A stretch of DNA of 64,000 nucleotides from Paramoeba atlantica (taxonomy: Eukaryota; Protista; Discosea), in the NCBI GenBank assembly GCA_977017575.1, contig CDRNVI010000037.1, forward strand, positions 1-64,000. The letters are read 5' to 3'. This document shows, one piece after another, positions 50,187-59,541 of this stretch; position 1 is the first letter of the stretch; the number at the start of each line of letters is the position of its first letter. The notes under the pieces are model-generated. The model searched no databases. It was not told the DNA's origin and saw nothing but the letters and a program-made list of their open reading frames with translations. Both the position numbers and the translations under genes were made by a program.

Positions 50187-51062
50187 ATGAGTTTTCGAAC
50201 CTTCGTCGAAACGGGATCCTCTTATGTAGAACTTTCGGTGCCTCAACCTTATCGAATACTGAGTGCAGGAGTAACATTACATGGGTACGCCGTGCTGACT
50301 GCATCATATCCACGCAGTACCACTACCTGGGTAGCAAAAACCACACCTCTTCATCGTGATGCACAGATATCACTACAAGTGATTGCTATAAAAGAATCTC
50401 ATTTTTCTTTGTCTACACACGTAGTAGAGAAAAAGGGCAAAGGTAACGTGATGTTGACCCTCCAGGAGGCGTCCGAAAAAGTTTGGCCTTCGACGGGTGA
50501 GGTACAAACCGGAAAAACAGACTCTTCGCCAGGGTTGCATGGCGCAGACATCCAAAGTGCTCATTCAGAATTCACTGAGTCTCCAACTGTTTCATCTTTG
50601 GTTGCACTCTGTGGAGGGTTTCAGATTACCCATTCCTGTGTCACGTCCTCCAGTGCTGTGTTCGACAACGCGAGTCTTACTCCCACGTCTGACTTCACAC
50701 CCATGACCGGGTGGTGTGTCGATGCGGAGCACCCGGAGGCGGAGGTGAATTGTTATCTGCTCGTCGCGGAGGACTGCCCCTCCCACTCTATCAACGTAGG
50801 GGTAACCCCGCGAGGGGTGTGGCGGATACACATCGAGGGTGTCGGGGAGAGCGTGTCGTACTTTGGCTCCTGTAAGGGTCAAAACCCAATTGCCCGCAGC
50901 ACGTTGCTCACCCCACCGAGTGCGTATTCGGTTTCACACCCACGTAAAGCCACGCCGGCGTTGTGGAAGCTACACCGGCAGCCCCCACCTGTAGAAAAAA
51001 TACGTGACATGTCGCTTGCGTACTGTAAAATGACGAAGCGAATGCCTGGGAGGTCCTCGTAG
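50187..51062 (+). CDS. Hypothetical protein
   Basis: Long ORF on the gene-cluster strand (track 50094-51062, first plausible ATG 50187); no motif recognised. Confidence 0.55.
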   Translation: MSFRTFVETGSSYVELSVPQPYRILSAGVTLHGYAVLTASYPRSTTTWVAKTTPLHRDAQISLQVIAIKESHFSLSTHVVEKKGKGNVMLTLQEASEKVWPSTGEVQTGKTDSSPGLHGADIQSAHSEFTESPTVSSLVALCGGFQITHSCVTSSSAVFDNASLTPTSDFTPMTGWCVDAEHPEAEVNCYLLVAEDCPSHSINVGVTPRGVWRIHIEGVGESVSYFGSCKGQNPIARSTLLTPPSAYSVSHPRKATPALWKLHRQPPPVEKIRDMSLAYCKMTKRMPGRSS

Positions 51063-51384
51063 ACGGCCCCACTAGGACACTTGCTGCGACTTAAAAATTC
51101 ATATAGTACTATCAATGTATACATTAAACTATATTCAGTAGTGCATATGGATCGCTGTACGTTCGTGGAAAGAGGGAAACTTGTAAAAATGTGGCAAAAA
51201 TAGATGTGCATGGGAATAAGAATCTTACTAAATCCTCCAAAAAACTAGAATTTCACATAACTCCATATGTTTAGTCTCATTTGTTTGAACAATGGAACAC
51301 TCACAATGAATAAGCTTCGACGAATGTGCCTGTATTTTTCCTGAGTATCAAGGTTTGTATTTATAAAACGTATCCTTTGTTTGA

Positions 51385-52578
51385 ATGTTTGACGCCTTGT
51401 GGAAAAGGAAAAAAAGAACGCATTCCCCAGATAGAAGTCATGTGGGAGTCCTTTCGGAATATACCAAACCACACTTTGCATTGCCACAATCGCTGAATAC
51501 AAGTGATAGTACTGCAACGCAACCCCTTTGGCAGACTCTGCGTCCGTCAGCACAATCATTCATGTCTGATACTACAGATATTTCACATCATGAGCGACTA
51601 TACCGGCCTTCGGTGGTAAGAAATGGTGTTACACCACCTACGCCTAATATTGCTGGCATTGAAATTGACCCACCGACTCGTGGGAGTTCTCATTCGACGC
51701 AAGCAAGCAACATCCCGATGACACGGGAACAGACTTTTTCGCCATTACATCCTCATCATCGAATTACAGAGAAATCTTCAACCGCTAGACATGAAACAGT
51801 CCCATTTTTCAAAACCACGTATGGAGAAGATTCGAAGACAGCTATGCGCACTTCCTCTGTTTTAGTTGATCGAGCGGACCCCTCGGCCTGTAACTATTGT
51901 ATCGATCCTCCATTAGTGGGTACCGATACTTCTACTATGAATCCTAACCAGGAAGGTGAACAGATAACGCCTATTACGTCAATGGGGGGAGAAATTCTTC
52001 ATGCTTCATACCCAAGAGATCAGGAACCCGAACCATGTCCGTTGACTCCAGTATCACTTTCAGAAAGATACTTTCGATCGAATTTGTATCACAGGACCTC
52101 CCTTCGAAATTCTGTGCGTCAAAACGATGAAATGCCATCTCAGGAAGGATTCCATGATTGCTTTGATGCAGTCGAAGCTCTTCCCACTCCAGATTCTACT
52201 TCTATAGATTCTAGTACTTTAGCCTCTTTAAACCAAGAATTTCACAAGGTTACCTCATCCATACATTCCGCGGTTCAGACAACGTTGAGCGTATATCTTC
52301 CCTATACGGAGGCGCTGGATCACCTGCAGAAAATACTTTTTGATATGCAAAAATCCGACACTGGTCAAGAGTACCTTGCTCACCAGCGTAGTCGCGTTCG
52401 AGAATTACTTCGAGTTGTGGAACACCCCCCATCTGCTAGTACACTACTAACGGCACTACGTACTGCAACAGAGCAGGTTGAGGAGACGTTGCTACAAACA
52501 CAGCAATCGCTTGCACGCCAAAGAGCACTTTGTTTTCAAGAGGCTAATGCCGTGTTTTACGATCAGGACTTGGGATGA
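51385..52578 (+). CDS. Hypothetical S/T/P-rich protein with C-terminal helical/coiled-coil region
   Basis: 397-aa ATG-started ORF; no family recognised. Confidence 0.6.
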   Translation: MFDALWKRKKRTHSPDRSHVGVLSEYTKPHFALPQSLNTSDSTATQPLWQTLRPSAQSFMSDTTDISHHERLYRPSVVRNGVTPPTPNIAGIEIDPPTRGSSHSTQASNIPMTREQTFSPLHPHHRITEKSSTARHETVPFFKTTYGEDSKTAMRTSSVLVDRADPSACNYCIDPPLVGTDTSTMNPNQEGEQITPITSMGGEILHASYPRDQEPEPCPLTPVSLSERYFRSNLYHRTSLRNSVRQNDEMPSQEGFHDCFDAVEALPTPDSTSIDSSTLASLNQEFHKVTSSIHSAVQTTLSVYLPYTEALDHLQKILFDMQKSDTGQEYLAHQRSRVRELLRVVEHPPSASTLLTALRTATEQVEETLLQTQQSLARQRALCFQEANAVFYDQDLG

Positions 52579-52950
52579 CTCTCGGTTAATCGAAACATAA
52601 TATACCGTATCTCATTTTACACCGTAAACGACACCCGATATTGACATCCGACTTGACAACACAACAAATTTACCTTTTTATTGCTGTGGGCATACATACT
52701 GAGTTTCATTTTTTTCTTTTACCATAAGTAATCTCGAAACCATCATCTCAAATTCCATCTTTAGCCATTTTCAATAAATTTTATTAAAACGTTCTTGTTT
52801 CTTCTCCTTCTCACCTCTTTCCAAAAAGAAAAAGGCGCAAAATCAAGGACACCATAATTGTATCCAAAAACCATTTGAGCACAACCTTTTACCCCAATCA
52901 CCCTCCATTTACCCCCTTTACCCCACTTTTTCACACCACCCCCACCCTCC

Positions 52951-53727
52951 ATGTCCCTCTACCCCTCTCTCCCCCCCACCTCCGCCCTGGACGACCCCCT
53001 CCCCCCTCCCCCCCGCCTCGGCAAGATCCGCGGCGCCGCCCTCCCCCCGGAGTTCGACCTCGCCCACTTCACCCACGCCCTCACCAACCCCCACCCCAGC
53101 TGGACCACCCACACCCCCGCCTGCGACTGGGCCGGGGTCAAGTGCACCGAGGCCCGCGTCCTCTACTGGATCTGCTGGGAGCGCCGCGCCCTCCGCGGCC
53201 CCCTCCGATGGTCCCACCTCCCCGCCCCCACCCAGCGTCTCGACCTCGATGTCAACCGCCTGCACGGCCCCCTCGACACCGCAGCCCTCCCCGCCCCCCT
53301 CCAGGCCTTCAGCACCCACGAGAACCAACTCACCGGGGCACTCGCCCTCGAGGCCCTCCCCCCCGCGGTCACGGAGGTCTACCTCTCGGTGAACGGCTTC
53401 ACCCACGGGGTCGACCTCACGCGGCTGCCGGGAGGGCTCCAGCGGCTCTACCTCTGGGGGAACCGACTCACCGGGACCCCGGCGCTCGGGGCGCTCCCGT
53501 GGGGGCTGCAGGAGCTGCTGCTGAACGACAACGCGTTCAGCGGGTGGCTCGGGGCGCTGGGGCGGGCGGGGGGGCTGCGGGAGGGGCTGTGGGGGCTGGA
53601 CGTGAGTCGGAACCCCGGGCTGCGGGGGGAGGTGGTGGTGGGGAGCTGGCCGCGGTCGCTGCGGAGGTGTGAGTGGGGGGGGACGGGGATGGTGGTGGGG
53701 CAGAAGGAGGAGGAGGGGGGAGGGTAG
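52951..53727 (+). CDS. LRR family protein, extremely GC-rich and skewed
   Basis: GKIRGAALPPEFDL...WTTHTPACDWAGVKC cap plus LRRs. Confidence 0.85.
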   Translation: MSLYPSLPPTSALDDPLPPPPRLGKIRGAALPPEFDLAHFTHALTNPHPSWTTHTPACDWAGVKCTEARVLYWICWERRALRGPLRWSHLPAPTQRLDLDVNRLHGPLDTAALPAPLQAFSTHENQLTGALALEALPPAVTEVYLSVNGFTHGVDLTRLPGGLQRLYLWGNRLTGTPALGALPWGLQELLLNDNAFSGWLGALGRAGGLREGLWGLDVSRNPGLRGEVVVGSWPRSLRRCEWGGTGMVVGQKEEEGGG

Positions 53728-54029
53728 GGGGGGGGGTAGGATTGTAGTTAAAAAAAAACAAGGTGGAGAGGAGGGAGAGGGGTAGATGTGTGCGACACGG
53801 GGGGGGGGGGTAGATGTAGTGTTTTGTGTAGGTAGTAAGTATTTAGCTTTTTCTCATGCTTTAATAGAGGATGGTAAATCGAACACGTGTAGATACTCGA
53901 AAACGACGGTTCACACGTTTCTAATATTTTCAAAAAGAGTTCAGCTTCGCGTGCGGTTGCTCGTTTCTATAGAGTTAGCATTATACAAAAGACTGATTCA
54001 GAAAGAGATCATATCTTCTCCATTTCAAC

Positions 54030-54920
54030 ATGTTTCGGCTAGCGAGACTCGACGATGCCCAAGAGCCTCCGTTAAAAAGGCGTCGCAGTTCCAGCCCTAC
54101 GCCCGATTCCTTTTCGTCGTTGCAACCGACAGGAGTGCAAGCCCGAAAATCCTATGGTGCTAAAGTACGTGGCACAGTGATGCCACAAGAATATGAGCTT
54201 GAAAAACTCTTGGAGAGGATCACTTCGAGGTATGATTCATGGAACGTTTCAAATCACGCGTGTGACTGGTCAGGTATGAAATGTAACGAAGAAAGGGAAG
54301 TTACCGTAATCGATTGGACGTGCTGTGGGATAAGAGGTCCTCTAAATTGGGCGCACCTTCCTTCAACTCTTAAAGAGATGTATGCATGCGGTGATGAAAT
54401 ACAAGGAGACCTTCCACTCGAAGATTTTCCAAACCATCTGGAGGTTCTTTCGCTTTTCGATAATTATCTGCGCGGAGAGCTAGATTTCAGCCAGCTACCA
54501 AAGACAATGAAACAGCTGTTTCTAAATCGCAACGATTTTGAGGGTCATGTAGACTTGACGTGCTTACCTACGACTTTGCTATACTTAGAGCTCCAACAGA
54601 ACACTTTATGTGGAGAGGTACGATTGGATAAATTGCCAGAGGGGTTACAAGGTCTTAATCTCGGAGAAAACGAATTTTCTGGGACACTTGACCTCGAACA
54701 CTTGCCAACCACATTAGAAGAGCTCCGTCTTGACCATAACGAATTTGAGGGAACCGTGGACTTGAGTGAACTGCCGGACACATTGTCGAAATTAGACCTT
54801 TCAGGAAATACTGATTTAACAGGATATGGTTATGGTCCCCGTCTGCCCCGACGTCTGGGTCGTAAATCTTTTTCTACACGTGGCACAAAAATTGAGGTAC
54901 AGGGTATGAGAAGATATTAA
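54030..54920 (+). CDS. LRR family protein, tandem copy A
   Basis: AKVRGTVMPQEYEL...HACDWSGMKC cap plus LRRs. Confidence 0.9.
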   Translation: MFRLARLDDAQEPPLKRRRSSSPTPDSFSSLQPTGVQARKSYGAKVRGTVMPQEYELEKLLERITSRYDSWNVSNHACDWSGMKCNEEREVTVIDWTCCGIRGPLNWAHLPSTLKEMYACGDEIQGDLPLEDFPNHLEVLSLFDNYLRGELDFSQLPKTMKQLFLNRNDFEGHVDLTCLPTTLLYLELQQNTLCGEVRLDKLPEGLQGLNLGENEFSGTLDLEHLPTTLEELRLDHNEFEGTVDLSELPDTLSKLDLSGNTDLTGYGYGPRLPRRLGRKSFSTRGTKIEVQGMRRY

Positions 54921-55235
54921 TAGTTAAAGGCTACTGTAGTTCCGCATACAAGGTCGGCGTATACGACTCATGCGCAGCGAAATTTATATTTAAAGAGAAA
55001 AATGTAGAATACTTCGTGTGTGTATAGAGCGAAATTCATACGAATTGTATCTGCAGGTACCTGCATCGAACACTCAACAAGGATGAATTTTTGGGTCTGC
55101 TATGATCAGAGGGAGCTCGTTGTCACTTGAGTTTCTTAGGTTTGTTTTCTTAGTCGTGTTGGGTTGTTTGTTTCCATGCCTTTTGAGTAACACAAAGACT
55201 GATTGAAACAGAAATCATATTTTCTCTATTTCAAC

Positions 55236-56126
55236 ATGTCTCGGCTAGCGAGACTCGACGATGCCCAAGAGCCTCCGTTAAAAAGACGTCGGAGTTCCAG
55301 CCCTACGCCCGATTCCTTTTCGTCGTTGCAACCGACTGGAGTGCAAGCCCGAAAATCCTATGGTGCTAAAGTACGTGGCACAGTGATGCCACAAGAATAT
55401 GAGCTTGAAAAACTCTTGGAGAGGATCACTTCGAGGAGTGATTCATGGAACGTTTCAAATCACGCGTGTGATTGGTCAGGTATGACATGTAACGAAGAAA
55501 GGGAAGTTACCGTAATCGATTGGACGTGCTGTGGGCTAGGAGGTCCTCTAAATTGGGCGCACCTTCCTTCAACTCTTAAAGAGATGTATGCATGCGGTGA
55601 TGACATAGAAGGAGACCTTCCACTCGAAGAACTTCCAAACCGCCTGGAGGTTCTTTCGCTTTTCGATAATTATCTGCGCGGAGAGCTAGATTTCAGCCAG
55701 CTACCAAAGACAATGAAACAGCTGTTTTTAAATCGCAACGAATTTGAGGGTCATGTAGACTTGACGTGCTTGCCTACGACTTTGCTATACTTAGAGCTCC
55801 AACAGAACACTTTATGTGGAGAGGTACGATTGGACAAATTGCCAGAGGGGTTACAAGGTCTTAATCTCGGAGAAAACGAATTTTCTGGGACACTTGACCT
55901 CGAACACTTGCCAACCACATTAGAAGAGCTCCGTCTTGACCATAACGAATTTGAGGGAACCGTGGACTTGAGTGAACTGCCGGACACATTGTCGAAATTA
56001 GACCTTTCAGGAAATACTGATTTAACAGGATATGGTTATGGTCCCCGTCTGCCCCGACGTCTGGGTCGTAAATCTTTTTCTACACGTGGCACAAAAATTG
56101 AAATACAGGGTATGAGAAGATATTAA
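55236..56126 (+). CDS. LRR family protein, tandem copy B
   Basis: 12 aa differences from copy A; ATG 55236. Confidence 0.9.
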   Translation: MSRLARLDDAQEPPLKRRRSSSPTPDSFSSLQPTGVQARKSYGAKVRGTVMPQEYELEKLLERITSRSDSWNVSNHACDWSGMTCNEEREVTVIDWTCCGLGGPLNWAHLPSTLKEMYACGDDIEGDLPLEELPNRLEVLSLFDNYLRGELDFSQLPKTMKQLFLNRNEFEGHVDLTCLPTTLLYLELQQNTLCGEVRLDKLPEGLQGLNLGENEFSGTLDLEHLPTTLEELRLDHNEFEGTVDLSELPDTLSKLDLSGNTDLTGYGYGPRLPRRLGRKSFSTRGTKIEIQGMRRY

Positions 56127-56692
56127 TAGTTAAAGGTTACTGTAGTTCCGCATACAAGGTCGGCGTATACGACTCATGTGCAGCGAAATTTATATCTAAA
56201 GTGAAAAATGTAGAATACTTCGTGTGTGTATAGAGCGAAATTCATACGAATTGTATCTGCAGGTCCCTCCCTGCATCGAATAATCAACAAGGATCTGTCC
56301 TTGCTGCTGTTTGTGTACTACTTCTGTGTATTGAAATTTCTATGTCAAGGAAAGTAATCATTACGAAAATAAATGTTTATATCGGAGTGGCTGGGTACTG
56401 CTTCTTGACAGTGATTTTGAAGTTTTGTTGAAATGTTGCACTAAAGGGGTATTGTAATTGTGTTTCGGACGTAAATCTAGATTGGGGTTATTTTGACACC
56501 GCAATCTATTTTCATATTGATATGCAGAAGAGAAGATGACGTAATATAAGTAAACCACGATTCCTGATCACGGGTTTACGACATGTATATTAGGTCGTAT
56601 CATGTTCATCACTGATAACACGGTCACTTGTAATAACACAACATTCACTTTGTTGAAATTAGAAGCTCTAAGAATGCTCACTTCGCCTTGAG

Positions 56693-57358
56693 ATGATAAA
56701 CTTTGTTTTCCTTATAGCCAAAGACACTTCCTCTTTGGTTCGAGCTTCTAAAGTACGAGGAAGCGCGCTGCCAGGTGAGTTTTATTTATTGCGCTTTATT
56801 CGAGAAGTTGAAAATCCTCATCCCACATGGAATGCAAATACACCATCTGGAAAATGGGATGGTGTGAGCGAAAAAGATTGTGAGATTGAAAATATTCTTT
56901 GGGGGTGGCGTCAACTACGAGGAACGCTTTGCTGGTCACATCTTCCGCAAAGTTTAGTTCAGCTATCTGTCTGGAACAATCGGTTAACTGGAACTGTAGA
57001 ATTTCATCTTTTACCTCCACACCTCGTTTATCTCAACTTATCGGAAAACGAGTTTAAGGGAATATTACACTTAGAAACATTGCCAAGAACGTTGCGAGAT
57101 ATTTGGTTAGGTGGAAATTTATTCACAGGGACTTTAAATTTTGCATTACTGCCTCCGGAAGCCCAAGAATTGCGACTGGAGAATAATGACTTTCAAGGAA
57201 ACGTTGAGTCCATCCTCTCACCATCTAAACTCCGTAGACTTATTTTAAATGGAAACGAAGGTCTTAAAGGAAAGATCAATCCACTTTCTTTGCCATGCTA
57301 TGTGGAACTGCGCCATACGGGAACTCAAATTGAGGTAGTCAACGCAAAGATTATATGA
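56693..57358 (+). CDS. LRR family protein
   Basis: SKVRGSALPGEFYL...WNANTPSGKWDGV cap plus LRRs. Confidence 0.87.
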   Translation: MINFVFLIAKDTSSLVRASKVRGSALPGEFYLLRFIREVENPHPTWNANTPSGKWDGVSEKDCEIENILWGWRQLRGTLCWSHLPQSLVQLSVWNNRLTGTVEFHLLPPHLVYLNLSENEFKGILHLETLPRTLRDIWLGGNLFTGTLNFALLPPEAQELRLENNDFQGNVESILSPSKLRRLILNGNEGLKGKINPLSLPCYVELRHTGTQIEVVNAKII

Positions 57359-57489
57359 CGCTACTAGCATTGTTTCAATTTTAGCAAGCATACTTTATGT
57401 GCATAAACGTAAGTGGAATTATGAAATCTGTAACCCTGTAAAGGCAAAGCCCCGCGCTACTTGTATGGGTATCTTCTCGTATGGGAACG

Positions 57490-57597
57490 AGACAGGCAAA
57501 TCTTTTCGTGTTTCGTGTGGTTTCTTCTTAAAAAAATCTTAAAAAAGACAGGCAAATGTTTTCGTGTTTCGTGTGGTTTCTTCTTAAAAAAAATCTT
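57490..57597. repeat. ~56-bp tandem duplication
   Basis: AGACAGGCAAAT(C/G)TTTTCGTGTTTCGTGTGGTTTCTTCTTAAAAAAATCTT occurs twice. Confidence 0.85.
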
Positions 57598-57624
57598 TTC
57601 CATACCCAAGGGTCTCAGAGAAGG

Positions 57625-58249
57625 GAATTACAAATGCCGAATAGACCAAAAGAGAGAATTACCACTTAAAGAAATGATATAAAATCTCAGATATTTTCAA
57701 GAAACATTATTTCAAAACCCGTGTAGCATCCATAACATGCACCTTTTCTACGATGATTCTGCAACGTTTTCTAAAGTTTTTTAACGTATTTTCATACGTT
57801 TTTGTTTCTCATCTTTTTGTTTTGCCTGAAGTGTATCGTAAAAAAACATGAATCGTTCCACTCAGGGTTTCACAGTTCCCTCGTGGACCCAAACACTTTG
57901 GTAAGTCCGGAAATAAGACTCTCTTTTCTCGAAGTCTACCACAAGAAGCGTCCTTTGGTGCTCTTTAATCTTCTCTGGCAAAGCATAGGAACGGGCGTCC
58001 TTGAACACGGGAGTCCTTGATCAAACTCGCTTTTGGGGCATAAAATCGGGGAAAAATGAAAAATTGCCGTATTTTCATATGAAAAAAATCTATACTTTTT
58101 TCTCATCGGACTAAATCTTTCAAGTCGAACGTTCCGATTACGCCAAAGACATACAAATCTGCGAGAGCTCTCCAATGCGCTAGTATTTTCCAAAATTGAA
58201 CAACTTTTGCAAACTTTTGACCTCCCCCAGATGGAAGTTTTCACCCCTG
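57625..58249 (-). mobile_element. Second, diverged copy of the 190-943 MITE, one TIR missing
   Basis: The reverse complement aligns colinearly with 190-~810 (e.g. GTAG.AGACTTCGAGAAAA, CCACGAGG.AACTGTGAAAC.CTGAGTGGAA, CATTTCTTTAAGTG). End is CACCCCTG|TA at 58249. Confidence 0.82.
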
Positions 58250-58403
58250 TAAGTTTCCATAATATTCCATAATAGAATGTTTGTGCCCTTATCGTGTTCG
58301 CACGATTACGTATGATAACGGTAAATTCCACTATAATCTATACTGGTTCTTATCGTCTTTTTGTATAAATATCTTAGCACTTGTTTAGTCATGTATTTTT
58401 CTA

Positions 58404-58694
58404 ATGAATGACTATATTGGACTAAGAGTTAGCGTGCTGACCAACACAGGTAAACACTACTGTGGTGTTTTGGAGGGTTGCGACCAGGCGACCAATATTC
58501 TTCTTTCTGACACTGTCGAAATGATACATACTTCGGGAAAGCCCTCCAAGGATGTTCCTGTTGGGTGTTTGTTGCTTCGTGGGGATAGCATTGCTGTGCT
58601 TGGAGGTGTGCAAAATGACAGCCCTCCAAGGAACGTGACAGAAACGACTCACAAGGCACATCAAAGCTTCCTTCCTTTTACAAATGCATCTTGA
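58404..58694 (+). CDS. LSM8: U6 snRNP Sm-like protein LSm8
   Basis: VSVLTNTGKHYCGVLEGCDQATNILLS (Sm1) and GCLLLRGDSIAVLG (Sm2). Confidence 0.8.
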   Translation: MNDYIGLRVSVLTNTGKHYCGVLEGCDQATNILLSDTVEMIHTSGKPSKDVPVGCLLLRGDSIAVLGGVQNDSPPRNVTETTHKAHQSFLPFTNAS

Positions 58695-58917
58695 TCACTA
58701 CATGCGAAAGATTATGACAGGTTTTGGGCAACTAGAATAAGCCCGAACAACAATAACAGAATAGTAATAATGGAAAACAGGTGAACAGTATAGTTTAACT
58801 ATTCATGTGCATGATTTTGCACGTAAATAAATGTATAGAAAATATAAGGCTGGAGATTTTATCCGAACTCTAAAACAAAGTAGTTTTTAAACTGAACAAA
58901 TTTTACATTGCGAAAAG

Positions 58918-59223
58918 ATGAGAAGAGCTCCCATTTCTGAATTGGAATTTCTGCAGCAATTCCACTATATGCTCAAAGAATCTAGAAGAACCCGCAAGCA
59001 TACAGTTTGGCTGACTATTAAGCGAATTTTTGAAAAGGGAAAGAAGAAAAACGTTGGAAATAGAGACGAGTACATCGGTTCTTGTCTTTTGCGAGCGAAA
59101 TTCGAACGGAAGTCATTGACTGTAGTCCTCAATATTAACAGGATATTTTTGTTTCACCACGCATTGCAAAAATTGGTAGCCAATCACCTAAAAATAGTGG
59201 AGGATGCTAGAAGTATTGAATAG
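58918..59223 (+). CDS. SRP14: Signal recognition particle 14-kDa subunit
   Basis: EFLQQF...VWLTIKR...CLLRAK...KSLTVV...F parallels SRP14 (QFLTEL...VYITLKK...CLLRAT...KISTVV...F). Confidence 0.72.
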   Translation: MRRAPISELEFLQQFHYMLKESRRTRKHTVWLTIKRIFEKGKKKNVGNRDEYIGSCLLRAKFERKSLTVVLNINRIFLFHHALQKLVANHLKIVEDARSIE

Positions 59224-59541
59224 AAACACAGCATAGTAACGCAATTAATAGTAACGAATTAATCTAATAGATTAATTCCGTCGTTACTAATATCGTCGTT
59301 ACTGATAGTAACGAATTAATCGTACAGGACTTTTGGATAAGCTGGATTGGTTTCGCTTGACACAAAAAAATAATCTTTTTCCTGCCACGTATTCTGCAAC
59401 GACGTACGCAACATAGCCCAAAAGAATGTGTTGAAATCGTATTCTCAATGTTTTCAATATTGCTCAATATTACAGATAGAAAAACCTATTAGCAAATGAA
59501 ATCAAGTTTCTTTTCTACCAACCTATCGCACGCAAATCCTC

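Larger units (their letters stand above)
53995..56293 (+). repeat. ~1.2-kb tandem segmental duplication (~53995-55082 / ~55201-56293)
   Basis: Homology covers the CDS plus ~160 bp of 3' flank. Confidence 0.9.
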
